From positions 1-33,415 of the IMG/VR virus record IMGVR_UViG_3300005805_000266: a stretch of DNA of 33,415 bases, one strand, 5' to 3'. This document shows, piece by piece, positions 1 through 6,374 of this stretch (its first letter is position 1; the number at the start of each line of letters is the position of its first letter). The translations under genes were made by a program, and so were the position numbers. Below the pieces are notes generated by a model. That model was not told the origin of the DNA, did not search any database, and saw nothing but the letters and a program-made list of their open reading frames with translations. This DNA comes from a virus. Its lineage: Duplodnaviria; Caudoviricetes.

Positions 1-1
1 A

Positions 2-20
2 ATATATATATATATATATA
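2..20. repeat. (AT)n dinucleotide run
   Basis: Directly visible atatatatatatatatata at the window start; may extend beyond the window edge. Confidence 0.85.
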
Positions 21-73
21 GGGAAGGATAAAAACGACATAAAAGGTTTTTTTTGGTTTTCAGTTGAAATCAT

Positions 74-81
74 TACTTTTG
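74..81 (+). promoter_or_regulatory. Bacteroidota-type -7 promoter element upstream of groEL
   Basis: TACTTTTG matches the Bacteroidota sigma-A -7 consensus TAnnTTTG; TTTG at 52-55 lies near -33 spacing. Confidence 0.7.
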
Positions 82-104
82 TATACCACACGTGGTGTGG
101 TATA
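82..104. promoter_or_regulatory. Perfect 10-bp inverted repeat (operator or 5' hairpin)
   Basis: TATACCACAC-GTG-GTGTGGTATA, immediately after the -7 box and 12 nt before the groEL ATG. Confidence 0.6.
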
Positions 105-116
105 AATCAAATCAAA

Positions 117-1715
117 ATGGAAATAGGATACTCACCCAAGGACTTACGCTTCGGAGAAGAAGGTAGGTTAAAGTTAATCAAAGGTATTAAAGCTATTGCA
201 GGTGCTGTCAAGAGCACGTTGGGACCTAATGGTAACACTGTTGTCATTGAGTCGCCAAACCATACGCATGGCATCACCGTTACTAAGGATGGTGTTACTG
301 TGGCGAAGGCTGTTGACTTATTGGACCCTGTCGAGAACATTGCTGTGAAGATGATGAAGGAGGCTGCTGACCGAACTGCAACTAATGCAGGTGATGGTAC
401 GACCACGGCAATCGTGATTACTGAGGCTTTGGTTGAGCATGGTATGTCTGAGATTGAGCCCAAGCACAATAGGACTGAGGTGTTAAGGCAGATGGTGGAA
501 TTGTCAACAGGTGTGGTGGACAAGTTAAAGCGTAGGGCGAAGAAGGTATCAGGTGGAATGTTGCACGATGTGGCAACTATTAGTGCGAATAATGACAAGG
601 AGATAGGGAAGATTATTGCTGAGGTGTATAAGGACGTGGGTCGCAGTGGCATTGTCACTGTGGAACGCAGTCAAACTCCCGACACCTACGCTGAGACCAC
701 AATGGGTCTAAAGATTGACAGGGGGTATTTGAGTCCGTTGTTTATCAATGACCAAAAAAAAGACGAGTGTGTTTTTGAAGACGTGATGATTCTTGTGGCT
801 GATATTGAGATAGGCAACATCCTGAGTATTGAACAGATACTAAAGCCAATTATCCAAGAGGGTAAAAAGCTTCTTATAGTCTCACCATGCCATACTAATG
901 TTGTGAATACATTGGCGGCTAATGTGATGAAGAACAACTTGAAGATATGTGCGATACAGCCACCGAGCTTTGGGTATAAGCAGCACGAGCTGATGCAAGA
1001 CCTTGCAGTAAGTGTCGGAGCCACTTATTTCTCAGAGAAGACCGGTGATGACTTGTCCCAAATCAGCTTTGCTGATTTAGGTCATGCTGCCAAGGTGATT
1101 GTTGATAAAGAGAAGACCATTGTTCTCAAATCTAATTTGAGAACAGATGAGGAGAAGATAAAGGAGAGGGTAAACCAACTTTGGCAGGCACATGCTGCTG
1201 CTACCAAAAAAGCCGACAAAGACCATCTGTTAGAACGTATTGCCTCCTTGACAGGAGGCATTGGGGTGATATTCGTTGGTGGCAATACTGACCTTGAGCA
1301 GAAGGAGTTATATGATAGGGTTGACGATGCGGTGTGTGCGGTGCGGTCAGCCTTAGAGGAGGGCATCCTGCCGGGGGCAGGCAAGGCACTCTTTGAGAGT
1401 ACTATTGACATACAGGCTGATTGGAGTGAGGAGAAGAAGGTTGCGGCAAGGGTTCTTAATGGTGCGATGGTTACACCACTCAATCAGATACTTGACAATG
1501 CGGGGATAAAGTATGATGACGTGTACCCTGATTGGGTTGAGATTGGCGAGGGGTACAATCTGAAGACCGCAAAGTATGGTGACCTTATCAAGATGGGTGT
1601 AATCGACCCGCTTAAAGTGACACGCAGTGCACTTCAAAACGCAGTCAGCGTAGCCACGACAATACTATCTACTAACGCCATCATCACTATGGCACGAACT
1701 TATGATGCCAAGTAG
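117..1715 (+). CDS. groEL: Phage-encoded group I chaperonin GroEL (Cpn60)
   Basis: 532 aa with TLGPNG, TKDGVTVAK, GDGTTT (ATP binding), ATISANND, DRGYLSP, ERIASLTGG, DRVDDA and GVIDP motifs; lacks the C-terminal GGM tail. Confidence 0.97.
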   Translation: MEIGYSPKDLRFGEEGRLKLIKGIKAIAGAVKSTLGPNGNTVVIESPNHTHGITVTKDGVTVAKAVDLLDPVENIAVKMMKEAADRTATNAGDGTTTAIVITEALVEHGMSEIEPKHNRTEVLRQMVELSTGVVDKLKRRAKKVSGGMLHDVATISANNDKEIGKIIAEVYKDVGRSGIVTVERSQTPDTYAETTMGLKIDRGYLSPLFINDQKKDECVFEDVMILVADIEIGNILSIEQILKPIIQEGKKLLIVSPCHTNVVNTLAANVMKNNLKICAIQPPSFGYKQHELMQDLAVSVGATYFSEKTGDDLSQISFADLGHAAKVIVDKEKTIVLKSNLRTDEEKIKERVNQLWQAHAAATKKADKDHLLERIASLTGGIGVIFVGGNTDLEQKELYDRVDDAVCAVRSALEEGILPGAGKALFESTIDIQADWSEEKKVAARVLNGAMVTPLNQILDNAGIKYDDVYPDWVEIGEGYNLKTAKYGDLIKMGVIDPLKVTRSALQNAVSVATTILSTNAIITMARTYDAK

Positions 1716-1898
1716 ATGGAGGTGGGAGTTGAACACGACTCATTCTTTATGTCATGTGGTGACTGCGGGTTCACTTGGTTATTTTTAATGCAGATTGACA
1801 TAATTGATTGGGGGAATGGTGAGGTTGAGGAGATATACGGCAATATTGCCACATGCCCATTCTGTGGGTATGACAACGAGATAATAATTGATTTATGA
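1716..1898 (+). CDS. Small acidic zinc-ribbon protein
   Basis: 60 aa with CGDC and CPFC pairs; starts directly after the groEL stop (TAG-ATG) and overlaps the groES start (ATGA). Confidence 0.7.
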   Translation: MEVGVEHDSFFMSCGDCGFTWLFLMQIDIIDWGNGEVEEIYGNIATCPFCGYDNEIIIDL

Positions 1899-2152
1899 AA
1901 GCAATAGGAAAAAACATAGTTGTTCGTAATGTAGACGAAGAAGTAAAGACAACTTCAGGATTAATCTTGACGGGTGACGACACCAAGCAGCTAAGGTATA
2001 AGCGTGGCATTGTGGTGGTGCCGGGTACTGAGGTACATTCCATCTCCGCAGGCGATGAGATATACTATGACAAGGCTCATGGGTATACCATGATAATCCA
2101 TGACGAGCAGTACTCAATCATCCAAGAAAGGGATGTCGTAATTGTCATTTGA
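1895..2152 (+). CDS. groES: Co-chaperonin GroES (Cpn10)
   Basis: 85 aa; mobile loop EEVKTTSGLIL, G-x-VV, GDEIYY and C-terminal YSIIQERDVV follow the GroES pattern. Confidence 0.9.
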   Translation: MKAIGKNIVVRNVDEEVKTTSGLILTGDDTKQLRYKRGIVVVPGTEVHSISAGDEIYYDKAHGYTMIIHDEQYSIIQERDVVIVI

Positions 2153-2569
2153 CTTTGACTCCCGTATATACTTGTTCATTTCGGTAATCATATCACGGTA
2201 AGCCTTGTCGCTATAGGAGACCTTCTTCTTGTAGAGGGGGTTGTTGTTTGGGTGAGTAGGTATCTCTTCCCCATTTAGCTTTCGGTATATTGACTGAATC
2301 ATCCTCGTGGACTTAAACGTAAGTCCATAGAGTGCCTTCCTGCCATATCCTCTTGGTCTGAAGTTTTCTATCCACCCGTCATGGCGTAGGCGGTTGAACC
2401 TGCCCGTATCCCAAGAAAGGAGATGATTGAACTTCTCAAAGTCTGTTACGCTGAAGTATTTCTCTGAGTATAGGAACAGGAGCATCTCAAGGTCTGCTTG
2501 GCTTATCTTATACTTAGCTCTGATGTAGTAGCGGATGACCCGCCAAAACTTTAGGTAATCTGATTTCAT
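2114..2569 (-). CDS. Putative MarR-like winged-helix DNA-binding regulator
   Basis: 151 aa; ISQADLEMLLFLY helix, RFNRLRHDGWI recognition helix, RKALYGLT wing; has its own minus-strand TAnnTTTG box and A-rich leader; the only credible antisense gene. Confidence 0.7.
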   Translation of the reverse strand: MKSDYLKFWRVIRYYIRAKYKISQADLEMLLFLYSEKYFSVTDFEKFNHLLSWDTGRFNRLRHDGWIENFRPRGYGRKALYGLTFKSTRMIQSIYRKLNGEEIPTHPNNNPLYKKKVSYSDKAYRDMITEMNKYIRESKSNDNYDIPFLDD

Positions 2570-2579
2570 TTTATTTTAT

Positions 2580-2587
2580 TACATTTG
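2580..2587 (+). promoter_or_regulatory. TAnnTTTG -7 element (rightward)
   Basis: TACATTTG in the intergenic gap. Confidence 0.45.
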
Positions 2588-2592
2588 TTGTA

Positions 2593-2600
2593 CAAAGATA
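2593..2600 (-). promoter_or_regulatory. TAnnTTTG -7 element driving the antisense regulator
   Basis: CAAAGATA reads TATCTTTG(TA) on the minus strand, 23 nt upstream of the ATG at 2569. Confidence 0.7.
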
Positions 2601-2626
2601 GACTATGACAAAAGAAATAATAATAC

Positions 2627-2656
2627 TTGTCGTTATATTTTCAATCGTAATATTTG
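2627..2656 (+). promoter_or_regulatory. Near-consensus rightward promoter TTG-N19-AATATTTG
   Basis: TTG 2627-2629, 19-nt spacer, AATATTTG 2649-2656 (one mismatch to TAnnTTTG). Confidence 0.4.
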
Positions 2657-2683
2657 GTATTTTAAAAAATAAAAATAGCAAAC

Positions 2684-2752
2684 ATGGACACACCATGCAC
2701 AAAGAAGGTACAGGCGGTGACAATGCCGAAGCCAAAGAAACAAAAAAAGTAA
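2684..2752 (+). CDS. Putative 22-aa basic micropeptide (MDTPCTKKVQAVTMPKPKKQKK)
   Basis: Not in the ORF track; A-rich leader (aaaaatagcaaacATG); Lys-rich like its neighbours; short, so uncertain. Confidence 0.4.
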   Translation: MDTPCTKKVQAVTMPKPKKQKK

Positions 2753-2772
2753 ACATTAAAAAAGCAAAAAAA

Positions 2773-2907
2773 ATGAAAAAGGACGTTCCAAATCTTCCAA
2801 AGTCTTCAATGCTTAAGTCTCCTGCAGGTAAGGCAGTAGTAAAGAAGGCAGTTGCTAAGAAAGTTGCTAAAGCCGTAATGGGCAAAGCAAAGAAAATGAA
2901 GTACTAA
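2773..2907 (+). CDS. Small Lys/Ala-rich histone-H1-like protein (44 aa)
   Basis: MKKDVPNLPKSSMLKSPAGKAVVKKAVAKKVAKAVMGKAKKMKY; poly-A leader before ATG 2773. The track's longer start at 2605 (hydrophobic N-terminus) cannot be excluded. Confidence 0.65.
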   Translation: MKKDVPNLPKSSMLKSPAGKAVVKKAVAKKVAKAVMGKAKKMKY

Positions 2908-3197
2908 TGGCTGACAAGTCAAAAATGAAATGTAACCGTGTCGTTTCTTCTGACCGTCCAGGGAAGAAGAGAATGGTATTGGCATGTGCAAACGGCAAAG
3001 AAAAGTTAATTCATTTCGGTGCCGAAGGATATGGTCATAACTATTCAAAAGCGGCACGGTCTTCATTTCGTGCACGTCACGGATGCGACTCGGCCAACAA
3101 CAAGTTGTCGGCGAGGTATTGGGCGTGTAAGAACCTTTGGGCAGGTCCCGGTGGTTCAACGCAGAGTTCTCCTAAATCAAGAAGAGGTAAATACTAA
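2907..3197 (+). CDS. Small basic protein, DUF5754-like
   Basis: GKKRMV...LIHFGAEGY...SFRARH.C...SARYWAC..LW pattern, which I recall from phage and giant-virus small proteins; TAATG coupling on both sides. Confidence 0.75.
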   Translation: MADKSKMKCNRVVSSDRPGKKRMVLACANGKEKLIHFGAEGYGHNYSKAARSSFRARHGCDSANNKLSARYWACKNLWAGPGGSTQSSPKSRRGKY

Positions 3198-3370
3198 TGA
3201 AAGCAATAAGAGCAAGAGCCAAAAAGTACGAGTCAAAAAAATCATTGAATGGACCAATGAAGTTTTTGAAGGGTAATGTTAGAAATATATCTCTTAACAT
3301 TGAAAGAATTTTATTGGGTAGAACTTCTCCTCAAGATATAATTAACTCACAGATTTTTAAGAAGAAATGA
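3197..3370 (+). CDS. 57-aa basic protein (MKAIRARAKKYESKKSLNGPMKFLKGNV...IFKKK)
   Basis: Not in the track; exactly fills the gap, with TAATG overlap upstream and ATGA overlap downstream. Confidence 0.7.
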   Translation: MKAIRARAKKYESKKSLNGPMKFLKGNVRNISLNIERILLGRTSPQDIINSQIFKKK

Positions 3371-3555
3371 AAAGCCCATCTTGGAAAAGTAAAGGTCATT
3401 ATTTGAAAGACGGCTCAGAGTGGTTGGGGAACCAACACGCTCATAATGGGAAGGTTATGACGGGTAAGGCTCATACTGCTTCATCAAAGACGTTATATCA
3501 TTTTATGGAATTGAGTGCTGAAGGTAAAAGAAAGGTATTATCTAAAAAGAAATGA
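3367..3555 (+). CDS. Small basic His-rich protein
   Basis: 62 aa, HY.KDG...H.H.G...TG.AHT.SS..LYH pattern; ATGA coupling. Confidence 0.75.
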   Translation: MKSPSWKSKGHYLKDGSEWLGNQHAHNGKVMTGKAHTASSKTLYHFMELSAEGKRKVLSKKK

Positions 3556-3887
3556 AAGACGCTTGCTATAAAAAAGTAAAGGCATCTTACGATGTGTTCC
3601 CTTCCGCAAGAGCTTCACAGGCTATTGCGAAGTGTAGGAAACAATCCGGCTCTGTTCGTAGAACAGAAGCGGGCACTGCGTTAAAAAGGTGGCAATCTGA
3701 GAAGTGGGTTGACACAAGAACAGGTAAGGCGTGTGGTGCAGGTGGCAAGAATGAGTATTGTCGTCCGACAAAGAGAGTGTCTTCAAAGACACCTACCACT
3801 AAAGCGGAGCTTAGTGCATCTAAGCTTTCAGCAAAGAAAGCTGAGAAGAGTAGAGTTGGTATGGGTAAAAGAGTTTCCAAAGTTTAG
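3552..3887 (+). CDS. Small basic Cys-containing protein, DUF5872-like
   Basis: KDACYKKVKA.YDVFPSARASQAIAKCRK and LKRW..EKWVD..TGK.CG...YCRP.KRVS.KTP.T motifs. Confidence 0.75.
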   Translation: MKDACYKKVKASYDVFPSARASQAIAKCRKQSGSVRRTEAGTALKRWQSEKWVDTRTGKACGAGGKNEYCRPTKRVSSKTPTTKAELSASKLSAKKAEKSRVGMGKRVSKV

Positions 3888-3895
3888 TATATTTG
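3888..3895 (+). promoter_or_regulatory. TAnnTTTG -7 element
   Basis: TATATTTG(TA) directly after the stop at 3887 and 20 nt before ATG 3916. Confidence 0.65.
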
Positions 3896-3915
3896 TAAAA
3901 ATTAAATCAAATAAA

Positions 3916-4323
3916 ATGGCACAAAAAGTAACAAAGACGTATTTAGAATTATTGGACTTGGTGAGAAATTTAAATTCAACCCAAGCAGAGATTAACAGTA
4001 AGAGAGAGAAAAAACTAAAGAAGATTGCTGAAAAAATAAAGCCAATCTTTGATGGTTACAATGAGATGCGTGAGGATATTAGACTTGATAATGCTCACAC
4101 CACTCCTGATGGTGTACTTGATTTGAATGAGAAGGGTGAGTACAAGTTTACTAAAGATGGTTTGAAAAAACTGAATAGCGACATTAAAAGTCTTCATGAA
4201 AAAGATTTTGAGTTTTATCAATTTACTTTTAATAATGAAGGAATTGAAGACTTAATGTTTCTTGCAGGATGGGTAGAAAGTATTGTACTTCCTGAAAAAC
4301 AAAATGACGATGAGCAAATTTAG
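3916..4323 (+). CDS. Hypothetical helical/coiled-coil protein (135 aa)
   Basis: Start reassigned from 3709 to 3916 (promoter plus attaaatcaaataaaATG leader). Confidence 0.8.
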   Translation: MAQKVTKTYLELLDLVRNLNSTQAEINSKREKKLKKIAEKIKPIFDGYNEMREDIRLDNAHTTPDGVLDLNEKGEYKFTKDGLKKLNSDIKSLHEKDFEFYQFTFNNEGIEDLMFLAGWVESIVLPEKQNDDEQI

Positions 4324-4453
4324 CAAGTTGAGTGAAAAAATACGGAAGAAGCAAGGCATCAGTTCTAAAAGGGCTGATGCCATTGTTGCTTCTATAGGTC
4401 GCAAGAAGTATGGTAAAGCAGCATTTCAAAAAATGTCAAATAAAAAGAAATGA
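4310..4453 (+). CDS. 47-aa basic protein (MSKFSKLSEKIRKKQG...IGRKKYGKAAFQKMSNKKK)
   Basis: Not in the track; fills the gap with overlaps at both ends; alternative in-frame ATG at 4304. Confidence 0.75.
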   Translation: MSKFSKLSEKIRKKQGISSKRADAIVASIGRKKYGKAAFQKMSNKKK

Positions 4454-4611
4454 AAAAAGAACAACTATTAGGTGTCGTAAGACACGGGCTAACTTTTATT
4501 GGTGGTATATTAATCACTAAGGGTTTAATTGATGAATCTACTGCTCAAGAATTGAGTGGTTCAATATTAACTTTAATTGGAGGTATATGGTCAGTAATAA
4601 GCAAGAAGTAA
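4450..4611 (+). CDS. Small two-TM membrane protein, putative holin (Pam3 gp28-like)
   Basis: Not in the track; MKKEQLLGVVRHGLTFIGGILITKG...LSGSILTLIGGIWSVISKK, with RH.LT..GG and WS..KK motifs. Confidence 0.7.
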   Translation: MKKEQLLGVVRHGLTFIGGILITKGLIDESTAQELSGSILTLIGGIWSVISKK

Positions 4612-4781
4612 GCAAGGGTCTTGGAGACACCATCGAGAAAATAACTACTGCAACAGGAGTAAAGAAAGTAGTTGAAACTGTAGCTAAAGCAGTAGGTAAA
4701 GACTGTGGTTGTGCCAAAAGACGTGATGCACTTAATCGTGCATTTCCATATCAAAATAACGAAATAAAAAAAATAGGTTAA
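4587..4781 (+). CDS. Small conserved phage protein (GLGDTIEKIT...DCGC..RR..LN)
   Basis: 64 aa with GLGD and CGC motifs typical of a recurrent phage hypothetical family. Confidence 0.7.
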   Translation: MVSNKQEVSKGLGDTIEKITTATGVKKVVETVAKAVGKDCGCAKRRDALNRAFPYQNNEIKKIG

Positions 4782-4783
4782 TC

Positions 4784-5050
4784 ATGGCATATCAAAAATT
4801 ACAAGCAGGTAGGGCAGCGGTTGTCACTAAGAGTGACACTGTCAATATCCCTGACCCATCAGGTGGAGTTAACAACGGTTGTGTTTTGTACGTTGGCACA
4901 GCAGGCACAGGAGGCGTTCTTCGTGTATTGACTGTTGGTGGTGATGATGTTACATTTTACAATATAGCAAATGGAACATTTATTCCCGTTCAGGTACTAA
5001 GAGTGTTTCTATCAGATACAACAGCAACCAATATATTAGCATTATGGTAA
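4784..5050 (+). CDS. Head spike base protein, RcGTA Rcc01079-like
   Basis: 88 aa: A..VT.SD, LYVG..G, VTF.NI..GTFIPV.V.RV...TTATNI.ALW pattern. Confidence 0.7.
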   Translation: MAYQKLQAGRAAVVTKSDTVNIPDPSGGVNNGCVLYVGTAGTGGVLRVLTVGGDDVTFYNIANGTFIPVQVLRVFLSDTTATNILALW

Positions 5051-5069
5051 TCGCTATATCTATACAAAT

Positions 5070-5360
5070 ATGATGAGCAATCAAGAAAAAAACAGACTTG
5101 ATTTTATGGCTGAAGAGTTGGAAAGTTTAAAAAAAGATTTATCCGAAGTGAAAGCCCTTATAAAAGATATGCATAATCTTTTAGCAGGCAATCCTATTGA
5201 TAAAGATTCAAATGGACTTATAGGAGATTTTAAAAGAGTAGAGAAAGAAGTATATGCCATAAAGGCTGAACTAAAAAAGTACAAGTCATATTTCTATGCT
5301 CTTGTTACACTCATTGGTCTTGGAGTAGTAAAAGTAATTATTGAATTTTTGAAAGGATAA
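5070..5360 (+). CDS. Coiled-coil protein with C-terminal TM (holin/XhlA-like candidate)
   Basis: Heptad-rich body followed by YFYALVTLIGLGVVKVII. Confidence 0.6.
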   Translation: MMSNQEKNRLDFMAEELESLKKDLSEVKALIKDMHNLLAGNPIDKDSNGLIGDFKRVEKEVYAIKAELKKYKSYFYALVTLIGLGVVKVIIEFLKG

Positions 5361-5482
5361 TGGCAAAGAACGTATCAAGTATAAAAAAAATAAGCTTTGG
5401 CAAAAGGAAAAGAGGTGTAGCTAAAAAAGCTTATAACAAACACAGTCCAAAACCTAAACCATATAGGGGGCAAGGAAGATAA
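5360..5482 (+). CDS. 40-aa basic peptide ending YRGQGR
   Basis: Not in the track; MAKNVSSIKKISFGKRKRGVAKKAYNKHSPKPKPYRGQGR; TAATG coupling. Confidence 0.75.
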   Translation: MAKNVSSIKKISFGKRKRGVAKKAYNKHSPKPKPYRGQGR

Positions 5483-5493
5483 ATGATAATAAT

Positions 5494-5787
5494 ATGGCAG
5501 CTAAAAATTTAAACCCTGTAACAAGCATAATGGACTTTAAGACATTCTCGAAGAATCCAATTGTAGCTACATTATTTTTAGTTCTTATAGCAGTATCATA
5601 TTTGTATATAGACGTAAGGTCTACTTTTAAAGAACAAATATCATCTCAAAATGAAAAGGTTTTGAGATTAGAGGACAAGGTTGATATTATGCAAGCGGTT
5701 CTTAGGAGAACAGATTCTTCTTTGGCTGCTGCTACTTCAAAGCTAAGTACGTTAGAGCAATTGGGTAAAATTCAAAGTATTAAATAA
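5494..5787 (+). CDS. N-terminal TM plus coiled coil (i-spanin-like candidate)
   Basis: PIVATLFLVLIAVSYLYI followed by a coiled coil; in the lysis region. Confidence 0.55.
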   Translation: MAAKNLNPVTSIMDFKTFSKNPIVATLFLVLIAVSYLYIDVRSTFKEQISSQNEKVLRLEDKVDIMQAVLRRTDSSLAAATSKLSTLEQLGKIQSIK

Positions 5788-6116
5788 TGAGATATTTATT
5801 TTTACTTTTATTTACAGGGTGTACGCTAAGTGCTCAAAATGAAAATGATGAGCAAAAGAAAGATGCTGAGTTTAAGAAGTTGATTAATAGCGTAAACCAA
5901 AATTATAATAACTTCGATAAGGTTCAAAAAAAGGCTAAGGCTAAAGAAGATAAATTAGTTTCTCAAGCGATTACCAAAATTATAACCTTAAAGGAAGAGG
6001 TAAAACAGCTTAAAAATGAGGTTATGGTAGACACAGTATATATACATGATACCATTCAGATAAAAGAGAAAAAGAATTTTTGGGGTAAAACAAAGTCTGA
6101 TACTACAAATAATTAA
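5787..6116 (+). CDS. Lipoprotein (o-spanin-like candidate)
   Basis: MRYLFLLLFTG-C lipobox; coupled to the upstream TM gene. Confidence 0.55.
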   Translation: MRYLFLLLFTGCTLSAQNENDEQKKDAEFKKLINSVNQNYNNFDKVQKKAKAKEDKLVSQAITKIITLKEEVKQLKNEVMVDTVYIHDTIQIKEKKNFWGKTKSDTTNN

Positions 6117-6119
6117 TAT

Positions 6120-6374
6120 ATGAAAAATCTTTTTAATTGGCTATCAGGTTTCTTCTCTTCGGAGAGTGGAACATCAAGCAAAAGACTTGTTGGAATAATA
6201 GGAGCATTCATGTTATTCTTTACGCTTTACGATAATTCAAAGTCTGAGGGTCATTTTGCTCCTTCAGATTCTTTGGTATGGGCTACATTTGCTCTTAGTG
6301 CTACTGCACTTGGGCTTACAACAATTGAGGCTGTAACAAACTTAATAAGAGGAAAGAAAGATGAAAATATCTGA
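6120..6374 (+). CDS. Putative holin (two TM)
   Basis: SSKRLVG followed by two hydrophobic segments and a charged C-terminus; overlaps the endolysin start. Confidence 0.65.
   Translation: MKNLFNWLSGFFSSESGTSSKRLVGIIGAFMLFFTLYDNSKSEGHFAPSDSLVWATFALSATALGLTTIEAVTNLIRGKKDENI

Noticed and set aside
82-104. CIRCE element
   Set aside because: Arms and spacer do not match TTAGCACTC-N9-GAGTGCTAA.
107-1637. Minus-strand ORFs 107-658, 686-1024, 1082-1483, 1201-1389, 1353-1637
   Set aside because: Antisense shadows of groEL with no motifs or initiation signals.
117-2152. Host chromosomal groE operon flanking a prophage
   Set aside because: Divergent GroEL, inverted gene order, roofless GroES and shared motif avoidance indicate phage genes; no integrase or att site seen.
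3019-3276. 85-aa + strand ORF
   Set aside because: Overlaps two better-supported coupled genes (2907-3197 and 3197-3370) out of frame.
3709-3915. N-terminal extension of the 204-aa ORF
   Set aside because: Overlaps 3552-3887; promoter and leader point to ATG 3916.
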